Shown piece after piece: positions 26,290 to 38,162 of a stretch of DNA of 64,000 nucleotides (position 1 is its first letter; the number at the start of each line of letters is the position of its first letter). Source of the stretch: Octopus sinensis (taxonomy: Eukaryota). Where the stretch lies: NCBI RefSeq assembly GCF_006345805.1, contig NC_043016.1, positions 12,834,001 through 12,898,000 of the forward strand, read 5' to 3'. The notes beneath the pieces were generated by a model, which worked only from the letters and a program-made list of their open reading frames with translations, ran no database searches and was not told where the DNA came from. A program made the translations under genes and the position numbers.

Positions 26290-26600
26290 TGAGAGCTTTT
26301 AATCTTTGTTCTGGTATGATTTCCACCAAATGGTCTTGTGTTGGCTCTCTTAAGAATATCTTCATTGGTTATTTGGTCTTACCAGTGTGTTCTGAGAATC
26401 CTTCTCAAGCATCTTTGGTGGAACACATCTAGCTTTCTGTTGATTTCCATGGTGCTCTTCCATGTCTCCCTGGCATAGAGAAATGTGTTGGTAGAAGTAT
26501 GCTATTACAGAGCTGGATATTTTGTGTATAGGCTGATAGTGTTCAAGGATAGGATGCATTCTCTAGAATGCAGCTTTGTCAACTCTATTGTTGATGTCAG
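26290..26600 (-). mobile_element. RTE-clade LINE fossil
   Basis: Minus strand FLYARETWKSTMEINRKLDVFHQRCLRRILRTHW*DQITNEDILKRANTRP. Confidence 0.8.
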
Positions 26601-26649
26601 TTGTGATTATATGCTAAAAGTTGAAATAAAAGTTAAAAAATTCACAGAA

Positions 26650-26861
26650 CTCTCTCTTTTACTCTTTTACTTGTTTCAGTCATTTGACTGCGGCCATGCT
26701 GGAGCACCGCCTTTAGTTGAGGAAATCAACCCCAGGACTTATTCTTTGTAAGCCTAGTACTTATTCTATTGGTCTCTTTTGCCGAACTGCTAAGTTACGG
26801 GGACGTAAACACACCACCATCGGTTGTCAAACGATGTTGGGGGACAAACACAGACACACAA

Positions 26862-26910
<49 letters not shown>

Positions 26911-27073
26911 CGACATGCTTCTTTCAGTTTCCGTCTACCAAATCCACTCACAAGGGTTTGGTCGGCCTGAGGCTATAGAAGAAGACACTTGCCCAAGGTG
27001 CCATGTAGTGGGACTGAACCCAGAACCATGTGGTTGGTAAGCAAGCTACTTACCACACAGCCACTCCTGCGCC
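26650..27073 (-). mobile_element. SINE family A, young full-length
   Basis: Full match to 243-658 including tail and head. Confidence 0.88.
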
Positions 27074-28566
27074 TATAAATAAAATTTGCATTTTTAATAA
27101 AAGCTAATAAATAGAAGATCAATTACTAATCATTTAGTAAGACTATGATGTCAGCAATATGTGAAGGGTGAGAAATACAAGATAAACCATTTAAAGATGT
27201 TATGGAATGGTACAATCCTAATTAACGACCACTTATTACATGTTTTTGATTTTGTTTTCATTTAGCTTCGACACTTTTTTGACACCTTTCAACTTTTTTG
27301 TGTTTTTTATTTTTGTACTGATGTATGTTTACCAAAACAAACACACATCACATGTGACCTTGTCATTTGGTTTTGACTTGCTTCAGTCACTTTGATTGAA
27401 ATGCTTATCATTGATTAGCTGTCTCAAGTTCAAATCCCATTTCTTCAACTTTGCCACAGGAGTTAATAAGTATTAAGACTGATTCAATTATCTCTAACCC
27501 TTCCCCTATCATTTAAATTTCTGGTTTTGTACAGTGTGAGAAATCAGATATATTGGTCTTTTTTCTTTTCTTTTCTTTTCTTTTCTTTTTATTGAACTCT
27601 TTTTTACTTCACCAGTGTAAATGATATTCTTCTGTGTTTTTATCAGAGCAACAGTTATTTTTTTCCACTTCAGAAGGAACGCCACTAAGCATTTTGTCCA
27701 TTTTTGTCCATTTTTCCAGTATTTTCTCCATTTTTCCAGCTTGCCGCCTTGATCTTGATAATGATCCTTTCTATTGTAGGCACAATTGAAATTTTAGAGG
27801 TGGGAACTAGACCCTCCTTCAACTGGTCCTTATTTTCTTGACCTCAAAAGGATGTAAGGCAAAGTCAACTGTGGTTTAGGAATTTGATCTCAAATCATAA
27901 TAAAGACAAGAAGAGATGCCACTTAGCATTTTCGTCTGGTGCGGTAACAACTCTGGCAGCTTTCCACCTTGCTGATAATGGTAATAATGGTCTTAAACTT
28001 TAGCATAAGGCCCACAATTTTAAGTAGAGGGAGCTTGTTGGTTACATTGACTTCAGTACTTGATTGGTACTTTATTTTATTGACTCTGAAAAGATGAAAG
28101 GTAAAGTTGATCTCAGGGGTATTTGAATGCGGAACATAAAAAGCTGGGAGAAATTCTGCTGGGCATTTTGTTTGGCATTTCAATGATTCTGTGAGGGTAA
28201 CATCAAATGATTCTATTTGATAAGTTTGTGGTTTAATTTTATCTATTTTTTGTTATGGAATCACAAGTTGTATAGTAATTAAAATGACTCACTGCCAGCT
28301 ACTTTTCTCTTAATCATCCATCATCATCATCATGTGTCTGTTTCCCATGCTGATATGAAAACTTCATTATCTTAAAAGAAGATAAGAAGACACTTTTTTT
28401 TTTTTATTTTACTTTCTTACTTGTTTCAGTCATTGGACTGCAGCCATGCTGGAGCACCACCTTGAAGGGTTTAGTCAAAACAAATTGAAGCCCAGTACTT
28501 ATTCTATTGGTCTCCCTTTGCTGAACTATTAACTTATGGAAATGCAAACAAACCACCACTGGTTGT

Positions 28567-28800
28567 CACACACACACACTCACTCATACACACACTTACA
28601 CACACACTCACACACACACTCACTCACTCACTCACTCACTTATACACACACTCACTCATACACACTCACACTCACACACATTCACAAACACACTCTCACA
28701 CACTCACTCACACACTTACTCTCATCACACTCTCACTCACACACTCTTGCATCACACTCCCTCGCATCACACACACACACACACACACTTGCATCTCTCT
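28567..28800. repeat. (CA)/(CT) low-complexity tract expanded from a SINE A internal microsatellite
   Basis: Begins directly after the SINE A tail fragment at ~28400-28566. Confidence 0.85.
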
Positions 28801-29199
28801 CTAAAATAAAGACCAGAATTTATGGTATTACTTTCACATCTGTCATTACAGTTGTTTCCTTACACAGGAGAAATACATGCAATTAATTGCTACCCAGAAA
28901 TACACTCATTATCTTATAGCTTCAAAATTTTCTTATGATTGTAAATTTTTAGAATGACATTGCAGGGGAGGTATGAAAGGCCAGATCTGGCTGGTTTGGG
29001 TATAAAACAAACTGTCTGAGCCAGATGTGGCTTGTTTAAATGCTCAAGGGTTAAATCTTTCAAGGCCACGTTCCAGAACAGCTGCATTCCAATGACCGAA
29101 GCAAATAAAATAGTTTGACAATGGAGGAAATATTTTGTATCTAACAATGATTCAAAGCTTTTCAATGAAAATTAAAAGTAGTCGCAAAAATGAAATATG

Positions 29200-29320
29200 A
29201 GACCATACTCTGGGACAAGTCAATTAATACTGATGGAAACCATTTAAGCAAACCATCCAGACGTTGTCAAAGGACCACCAGGAGAAGACATATCACTTAA
29301 TGTAATCAATTCCATCAGTT
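29200..29320 (+). mobile_element. R4/Dong-type REL fragment, frameshifted
   Basis: ILWDKSINTD / ANHPDVVK / DHQEKTYHL across frameshifts resembles the ILWD..I.TD...N.PD motif. Confidence 0.45.
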
Positions 29321-29382
29321 ACTGTACATCTGTTCAGGACATCCTGGACATGGCAGCCTCCTTCAAATTTATAGGTGCTTGT

Positions 29383-29510
29383 TATGGCTGTGTGGTAAGG
29401 AGCTTGCTTCCCAGCCACATTGTTCCAGGTTCAGTTCCACTGCATGTCCCCATGAGCAAGTGTCCTCTACTATAACCTTGGGTTGACCAAAGAAGCCTGT
29501 TGTGTATATA

Positions 29511-29544
<34 letters not shown>

Positions 29545-29760
29545 TGCATGTCTTTGTGTGTGGGATTGTCCTTCATTTCTGCTTGACAATTGGTGTTGGT
29601 GTGTTTATATCCCTGTAACTTAGCAGTTTGGTAAAAAGAGATTGATAAAACAAATATCCAGCTTAAAGCAAATACTGAACTCGATTTGTAAGACTGAGAT
29701 TCTTCAAAGCAGTGCTCCAGCATGGCTGCACTCTATTGAACGAAACAAGTAAAAGATAAA
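29383..29760 (+). mobile_element. SINE family A, diverged
   Basis: Head, (TG)n spacer, second domain and tail recognisable. Confidence 0.7.
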
Positions 29761-30589
29761 ACCTAAGATTTACATTTCATTGGCTTTGGTCAGCTTGCCA
29801 TAAATTGGTACCATGCTGGTTAGTCATTGGATTGCACTCATGCAAGGATGTTTGTTGTCTTTCAAGACTTTTACTAAATTGTATCAGCACAAGTATTTTG
29901 TGTGGCCCTAAAGAGAAGGAAAAGGGAAGTTGACCCTGGTGGAATATGAACTCAGATAATAAAAGAAAGAAACCAGTACCTCCAGTCATTCTTTCCTGAT
30001 GTTCTGCCAATCCTCTGATTTATTCTTGAAAGTATTAATTAAACTTACGCTTTTACTGTTAGTGCTAAAGGACTTTATTTTCTTAATGAGATGGTAATTA
30101 ATATATTTAACGTAGAGAAGATGGCTTAACTCTTTAGCGTTCAGATTATACTGTCAAATCTAATGCTTATTTATTCTCATAGCTTTGAGTTAATCATGGA
30201 TTATCTCATAGCTTTGAGATTTCAATGATATGGTTGAATATTTTTATAATGACATTTTAGGGTAGGTGTGATAAGCTGGACCTGGTTGGTTTGAATATAA
30301 AACAGAAGGAATATTTTTGGTTGGATATGGCTGGTTTAAATTCTAAAGAATTAATATGTTTGTGTGGTCTGGTTAGTTTTGAGAAATTAACTTTTAAGAA
30401 TTTGTGTGAGAATGTGAGGGAGTCGAGATGGAGGGCAGTGGGAAGGGGTGGATGTACAGAGGTAAAGAGATGATGGCAGGGTGGAGGGGTAGAGAGTGAG
30501 ATGTTTTAATATATTGGAAAACTGTATGACACACATCATAAGATTTGAACTTATGGACCATGTAATTAGTAATATACACTACCTTCATG

Positions 30590-31004
30590 CAGTACTGGAT
30601 TAACCATTAAGCAAAATAAGCATGTGCTTGGGGCCTCAAAGGAAGGAGGGGGCACCACAGAAATAGGAAATGGTTTACAGCACAAAAGAAATCACTTTAC
30701 ACTTGCTAAGATAATATTCAGGATACCTTTATCTCTACTAAATAATAGATGCAGATGTGTTACCTAAGATTAATTTTGAGGATCTGATCAAAAACTTTGC
30801 AATTCAAAAAAGTAGGAGGAAACTTTTCAAATTTAAATAAAGTGGAAGTATACAAAAATTAACATTATTTTCCCTCTCACTTTTTTGTTTTGTTTTGAAA
30901 AGTAAATATTTATTTTATACTTTGATATTGTTTACATAAAAGACTTTGGTACCCCCATAAAAGATCAAGTGCTTAGGGTCTCGATGGGTCTTTATCCGGC
31001 CCTG
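30590..31004. mobile_element. hAT-type MITE (different family)
   Basis: CAGTACTGGATTAA...TTTATCCGGCCCTG imperfect TIRs; perfect 8-bp TSD CCTTCATG. Confidence 0.82.
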
Positions 31005-31109
31005 CCTTCATGTCTTGGCCGTTGTACCTCATGAAAATATGTTTGCATGTATAATATAGTCTATGACATGTATATTATTTATACAGTATATATTTTTTTG
31101 TTTTCCTAG

Positions 31110-31226
31110 GATAAAGAAAAATACTTGAGTCCAGAATGGTGTATGGTGGACGATCAAGGCCAAAGATACATGTTGCCAAAGACAATGATATTTATGGGTC
31201 ATGAAGAATGTGATTTTATAATAGAG
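31110..31226 (+). CDS. CEP170: Internal coding exon of a CEP170/CEP170B-like centrosomal protein, N-terminal part of the FHA domain
   Basis: Acceptor tttttttgttttcctag|G, donor GAG|gtatgt, 117 nt, phase 0-0. Translates DKEKYLSPEWCMVDDQGQRYMLPKTMIFMGHEECDFIIE, which aligns with the recalled human CEP170 N-terminus ([30 protein letters not shown]) and ends at the equivalent residue. Confidence 0.82.
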
Positions 31227-33617
31227 GTATGTAATAACTGTGATTGAATTTTAATTTATCTGCTATGCGCTGCATGTTAATATTGTGTAGTTTTGTTGTT
31301 TTTTTAACTATTAAAGAAAAGGTTTGTTTGTTTATTTCCTTTTTATATTCTAACATCTCCAAGAAAGTTACAGATTATAAGATATAAAACATCTTTCAGC
31401 TTTGTCATTATTGAAATTAAGTCAATTTGTTCATGCTGACGACTGTGTCTCTGTTTCCTTACCGTACTTATTCTATTTGTTTCTGAGCCTGGAATCAACC
31501 ATCAGACCACCTTCACTCTGTTGACTGATTCTCTGAAGGATATTCTCCATTTCCATTTAATTTTAAAATATATTTTATTATTATTATTATTATTATTATA
31601 CATACTCTTTCCTTCTATGTCTCTGAATCTCTTATTTGAAGAAAATTCAAAGCTGCAAATAATTCTCTTCTTCAGACACTTCAACATGGGTGGGAATGGG
31701 TTGCATAGATTCACAAATCCATTCAGTTGCAAATTTTTCTTTTTTTTTTTCGTTTTTTGGTGATACAATTGTTTTGGTTTTTAAAAATCTGTTTCTTTCA
31801 CAGTTATTTAGAATTTGATAATAATTGATTCTCTTACAGTTTTGTGTTAGTACCATTTTCAAATCTTTCTTCTCTTTTTTTTTTTCTGTTGAACTTATTT
31901 GATCTTGGTTTGGGGAGCTTCTATTTTATATTTATTCCAGTAGCCATTAACTTACTGAACGAATCATTCCAATGTTATTGAATCTTGGTAAAAAAATGTT
32001 CTGTTGGTTGAGATAGAACTTATTGTCATGTTAATTATAGAGTATTTTGCAATCTTCAACTTTTCGTTTCCTCTTGAAATATTTCTGAAATACTTGTAAA
32101 ATCCTGTTACATAATAATTTTGAACATGTCCCATGCTTGTTTCTCACCAAATGGATTAGCTGTAAAATGAGAAATGAGAAAACAAAAAACAAGAAAACAA
32201 CAGAAAAAAAAACTTCTTAGAAATTTGTTAGATTATCCATTCCACTTTTGATATCCCCACCCCCCCAAAAAGTCCCCCAGAAAAGGATACAGCTCTCTGC
32301 CATTAAAATGATAATATTAACCAAGCCATATGTCAGTGCTATTTAGCATTAAAAGTAATGTGTGCTTGTCGACAATAAAGTATTTTCCCTATTCGAAAAT
32401 GTAATTACATACGGATACTTTTGAAATATTAAGTTTGCCCCAATTATACTTGCGTCATTCAGTGTAGTTGAAATCAAAGCATTCCTGACCTCGTTGAATA
32501 AGAAAATTGGAAATCTAAAGCTGTTGACCTAGAAAATATGAATATACACAGGTTGTGTTGTCACAATATTACATAAACAGGAGTAGCAGCAGAATCATCA
32601 GAGCCACAGGCAGAATGCCTTGCATTATTGATTTGTAACCCTTTGCATTTTGAGTTCAAATATCACTGAGCTTAGCAGGGTTCATAAAATAAAGTACCAG
32701 TGAGGTACTGGGGTTGATTTAATTGGTTGTACACAGCATCCATCATTTATGGTCCTGTGCCAAATATTAGAAAACAGTTTTTTTCCTTTTGTTTTTATGT
32801 CCACTTTTCCATGCTTGGATGTATTGGATGGAGTTAATTGGTGCCAAATTTACTATGGCTGTATGCTCTTCCTGTTGCCAACCCTCGTCTGTTTTCAAGC
32901 AAAGCTATATTTCCTCGAGGCTAGACATGTTTAACTTTGAATAACACTTATTGTATGTAACTCATTTACAACTATTGTGTGCTGTCAGGACAAGATGTGC
33001 ACACACACACACACACACGTATGTGTACACACACACACTTGTGCATGTGCGCGTGCATACACATACACAAACATACACACACAAACACACACAAGGCTTC
33101 TTTCAGTTTCTGTCTACCAAATCCACTCACAAAGCCTTGGTTCCCTCAGGGCTATGGTAAAGACAATTGCAAAAGGTACCAGTCAGTGGGACTGAACTCG
33201 GAACCATATGGTTGGGAAGAAAACTTTTTTTAACTACACAGCCATGCCTGCATCTTTCAAAACAAGATCATTCAATAAATATCCCATAAGATTTCCCCCC
33301 CACCCCCACCCCCATTCTCACCATGCTTTATCAATCCTTATTCAGTTTTATTAATGTCTTTTCCAAATGTTTTCCATGGATCTCTATACTCTTTATCTTT
33401 GAAATCTTGGAAACTTATAATTGCTTTGTATTATTGTAGCACATACGACAATTGCTTTTAAGTTTAATGTTTGAAAGTGTGTGTGTGTGTATATATATAT
33501 ATATTATATATATATTTTACTTTTATATAACTTTGGTTTTGATGTATTTGCAAAATGCAATTTTCATTTTGACAATAAGTGATAAAACAGGGTCAGTTTT
33601 CTTAAACAAAAATATAT

Positions 33618-33785
33618 GCACAGGAGTGGCTGTGTGGTAAGAAGCTTGCTTCCCAACCACATGGTTTCGGGTTCAGTCCCACTGTATGGCACCCTGGGCA
33701 AGTATCTTCTACTATAGCATCGGGCCATCCAAATCCTTGAGTGGATTTGGTAGACGGATACTGAAAGAAGCTCGTTGTGTGTATG

Positions 33786-33826
<41 letters not shown>

Positions 33827-34036
33827 GTGTGTGTGTGTATGTTTGTGTCTGTGTTTATCCTCTCACCTTGCTTGACAACCGATGCTGGTGTGTTTATGTC
33901 CCCAAAACTTAGTGTTTCAGCAAAAGAGACCAATAGAATAAGTACTAGGTTTACAAAGAATAAGTCCTGGGGTCGATTTGTATGACTAAGGCAGTGCACC
34001 AGCATGGCCATAGTTAAATGACTGAAACAAATATAA
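33618..34036 (+). mobile_element. SINE family A, full-length
   Basis: caggagtggctgtgtggtaagaagc... to ...gactgaaacaa. Confidence 0.88.
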
Positions 34037-34464
34037 AACACCCATACTCAAAACCTAGATGTTTATATCAAAATATAATTTGATAAACTGAATTTTGTAA
34101 AACACTAAAAAAAATTCAAAATATGTTTTGAAAGTTTACTCCAGCTTTTAATAATGGTCTTTTCTACAATAGGCCCAAGGCCTAAAATTTTGGTACGAGA
34201 GGGCTAGACTATTACATTGACCCCAGTGTTCAGCTGGTGCCTGTTTTATTGGACCCGAAAAGATGAATAACAAAGTTGACCTTGGTGGGATTTGAACTCT
34301 GAAAGTAATGAGTCACAAGAAGTGCTATGAACTTTTGTGTATGTTGCGCTAATGAACATGCCAGCTCACCACCTTAATACTAATTGATTATAAAAATAAT
34401 AATTATAGTGGTGATGATAATGGCAATAGTAATAATAATAATAATATTGGTAATAATAATAATC

Positions 34465-34496
<32 letters not shown>

Positions 34497-34614
34497 TCGT
34501 TCGGTTATTGGCCACAAGGGCTAACAAAAATCAATTAAGAGATAAGGAGACAAAACACAGGACGAAAATTACAAAGGTGTTTTGTCCGTTTGAAAAAGTC
34601 CGTGTACAAAAGCA

Positions 34615-34900
34615 GGATGAGCACTCAGAGAGTACAAACCTCCGTCAAATGAGAGTACTAAAAATGAACCCAACTGCTCTCAAAAATTAAGTTAAAAAAA
34701 AAGAAGAAAAATAATCCAGAATCCTTGTCTGGTACCGGATTGATCCTAAGATCTAATCAGTTCGTGCCAGCCATGAGGCCAAACATCCCTGAAAGTTTCA
34801 TCTGAATCCATCCAGTAGTTATTGAGATATCTTATCCATGGACAAACAAACAAACAAATGTGACTGTAAACAATACCTCTGCCTTCGCCAAGGCAGAGAT
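34615..34900 (+). mobile_element. Non-autonomous Helentron-type element (second family)
   Basis: gagcactcagagagtacaaacctccg..., aagtttcatctgaatcc, (acaa)n, terminal hairpin cctctgccttcgccaaggcagag. Confidence 0.6.
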
Positions 34901-35779
34901 AATAATAATTATTATGGTTTCAAATTTTTCCACAAGGGCAGCAATTTTGGGGGAGGGTATGAGTCGATTACATTGACCCCAGTGTTCAACTGATACCTAT
35001 TTTATTAACCCCAAAAGGATGAAAGGCAAAGTCGATCTTGGCAGAATTTGAACTCAGAACGTAGTGACAGGTGAAATGCCACTAAACATTTTGCCCAGTG
35101 TGCTATAATGATTCTGTCAGCTTGCCACCTAATAATAATACTAAAAGGGCTTTGTGCACATGTTAAAAATCGTTATTAATTCTTTGCCATAATTTGCAGT
35201 TGCTTACTAGTTGTTTTGCAATTATTATATTTTTTTATCACCATTGCAAAGTAATAAAAGGTTCAGGTAGAAAACGGGTAAGAACTTCTGGTTACATATG
35301 TAATGTGACGAAAAAATGAAGTTTTTATTGCAAATAAATTGTGTATGTTTGATAGGTATTCTCAAGATAGTTCATTGCTATAGCAAGCAGTAAACTGTTT
35401 CTGTTAACTTGACTGTTGAGGTGTCAGAAAACTTAAGAGGATGATGAAAGCACTGAGAAATTATGACTTTAAACTTACTGGATATTCCCCTCCCCCCCAC
35501 TCTTCTATATTTCCCTCTCATCATGTTCATCATCACCGCTATCTATATATTAAGAGGCATGTGTCAGAATTTTTATGCGCATAAATGTAAAGATTAAAGA
35601 CCTACATTAGTTTGAAAGCAATGAGTCATGTATGATCAAGATGCCTGTTGGGCTTACAAATACAGACGTGTATAGTAAGTAGTCAATATGTAAGAAGCTG
35701 TACTTGGCATAACTGTAATAGGGTGACACGTTGCCTGTTGGTTGGAGATGTTCTTGTTAGCTTTAGGGTCAGCCCTGAT

Positions 35780-36192
35780 TTATTTCTTTATTGCCCATAG
35801 GGGGCTAAACATAGAGGAGACAAACAAGAACGGACAAAAGGATTAAGTCAATTACATCGACCCCAGTGCGTAGCTGGTACTTATTTAATCGACCCCGAAA
35901 GAATGAAAGGCAAAGTTGACCTCGGCGGAATTTGAACTCAAAACGTAACGGCAGATGAAATACCTATTTCTTTACTACCCACAAGGAGCTAAACACAGAG
36001 GGGACAAACAAGGACAGACAAACGGATTAAGTTGATTATATCGACCCCAGTGCATAACTGGTACTTATTTAATCGACCCTGAAAGGATGAAAGGCAAAGT
36101 CGACCTCGATGGAATTTGAACTCATAACATAACGGCAGACGAAATACTGCTAAGCATTTTGCCCAGCGTGCTAACAATTCTGCCAGCTCGCC
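35780..36192 (-). mobile_element. SINE family B head-to-tail dimer
   Basis: Full copy 36192-35965 is directly followed by a 5'-truncated copy starting at ggtatttcatctgccgttacg. Confidence 0.88.
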
Positions 36193-37149
36193 AAGCAGAC
36201 CTATCATAATCAGACATTCCATCTAAAACCATTTTTGCCTTTCCTTCTTCAGTAACTATACAAAAGACCACACCACCTATGTTCTTTTTTTAACATAGCA
36301 GGGTGTGATTTGTGTGAGATGTAGCTGCTATTTCTAGCAGCTTGAGTGAACATGTCAAGTCTCCTCCATAAGGTACACCAAAGAGAGAATTGATCTAAAG
36401 AAAGAGGTTTATCTTTATCTTTTACTTGATTCAGCCATTGAACTGCATCCCATGATGGAGGCATCACTTTGAAGAAGGGTTCAGTTGAATGATGCCAGTA
36501 CTTTTTTTTTTTGTTTGTCCTTGAAGCCTGGTAACTTAGTCTAGGGTCTGTTTCATTTGCTGAACTGCCAAGTTACTGGGATGTAAAGAAATTAACAACC
36601 ATTAAGTGATGGTAGTGAGACACACACACACACAAAAGACACACATAGACATGTATAGACCTGAATATGTGTGTATATATCCTTTCAGTTTGCTTATGGG
36701 AAATGTTTTGAATATACATATAAAAGGTCCTGTTTTATTATGGCTGGTTACAGCCCAATGATGCTAACTGGTTGATACCAGTTTTTTGTGGGTCACACCA
36801 TGCTGTGCCGATATATAATGTATAACAATAATAATAATAATCCATAGCGATGCATAAAAATATTTCATAAATTCCATCCTATTATTATTATTATTTCTGA
36901 AGGCAGAAAACTGGCTGAATTGTTAGCATGGTGGGCAAAATGCTTAGCATTTCATTCCTCCTTATGCTCAGAGTTCAAATTTTACTGAGGCCAACTTTGC
37001 CTTTCATCCTTCTGGAGTTGGTAGTTTAAGTACCAGTTTCACACTGGAGGTCAATGTAATTGACTAGCCCCCTACCCCCAAATTTCAAGCCTTGTGCCTT
37101 TAGTAGAAAGGATTACTACTATATATGTAGTTGGAATTTACAAAAAAAA

Positions 37150-37510
37150 AAACAAAAGATAAAGACGGGTGTGTAAACAACAATCAGATGTATTAATTTA
37201 ACGCTCGGGAAGTGAAAAAGTCTTTTATGTTTCGAACCTATGCTCTTCAACAGAAAGGAACACAGAAATAAACAGAAAATAAAAAAAAAGTTTAGTGGAC
37301 AGTGATCAGTTATGGCAAATATATATATGAACGCCATGTTGAATCGTTAGCCCCTACACGCAACTTTTTTCTCTCCTAGTTTCTTTTCTGTGTATCTTTC
37401 TGTCAAAGAGCATAGGCTCGAAACATAAAAGACTTGTTTTATTTCTATTCCTGAGCGCCATGCTAATACATTATTTGTTTGTACTCCACCTGCCTTCGTC
37501 TTTTGTTTAT
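37150..37510. mobile_element. Older inverted repeat pair with degenerate HHR-like motifs
   Basis: Arms ~37150-37290 and ~37366-37510. Motif tcttt-CTGT(T/C)(G/A)A-agagcataggctc-GAAACATA-aaaga at 37221-37257 (minus) and 37395-37432 (plus). Confidence 0.55.
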
Positions 37511-37575
37511 TTTCATAAACCTTCCTGTTATATATCATCATCATCATCATCGTTTAGCGTCCGTTTTCCATGCTA

Positions 37576-37619
<44 letters not shown>

Positions 37620-37764
37620 TATGAGAGGTATTAGTGTCAAGAAGACCCAAAGGTGTCAGGTAACACTAAGTGCTATGGACAGACCATAGTTAAGCTCTTG
37701 GTTCAATGATTATATGAATGAGGAGAACCAAGGTGGGTTGTGTAATAGCAAGCATATATATAAT

Positions 37765-38162
37765 AATTAACAGAATGAGATAAAAAATTGAAGGCTGTGA
37801 ATAGTTTTCAGAACATTTATAAAGGGAAGGTCTTACAGCTGTTTCCGGAATATTTTATATATCCCTTCAGCAGAGATGGTACGAGAAAATAAGTAATTGT
37901 TATTATAGAGAAGATATGAAATGCAGAGTGAAGTGGAAGAATGAAAATACAATATCCTTACATGTCTCACATCTATTTTCATTCCTTCACTTCACTCTGT
38001 ATTTCATATCTTCTCTATAATAACTATTACTTAAACATTTTCTTGCACTGTCTCTGATGAAGGAATATATAAAATATCCTGGAAACAGCTGTAAGACTTT
38101 CTCTTTATAAATGTTCTGAAAACTATTCAGTCTTGAATTTTTTTTATCTCATTCTGTTAATT
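37765..38162. mobile_element. ~400-bp foldback (inverted Penelope-like pLTR pair), one HHR per arm
   Basis: Arms 37765-37949 and 37974-38162 are reverse complements with scattered mismatches; 24-nt spacer. The left-arm HHR (37830-37877, minus) has a mutated core CTGCTGA. Confidence 0.7.
38050..38097 (+). ncRNA. Minimal type I hammerhead ribozyme (Penelope-type)
   Basis: GTCT-CTGATGA-AGGA(atatataaaata)TCCT-g-GAAAC-AGCT-GTA^AGAC. 4-bp stem I, palindromic stem III loop, one extra G before GAAA. Confidence 0.65.
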
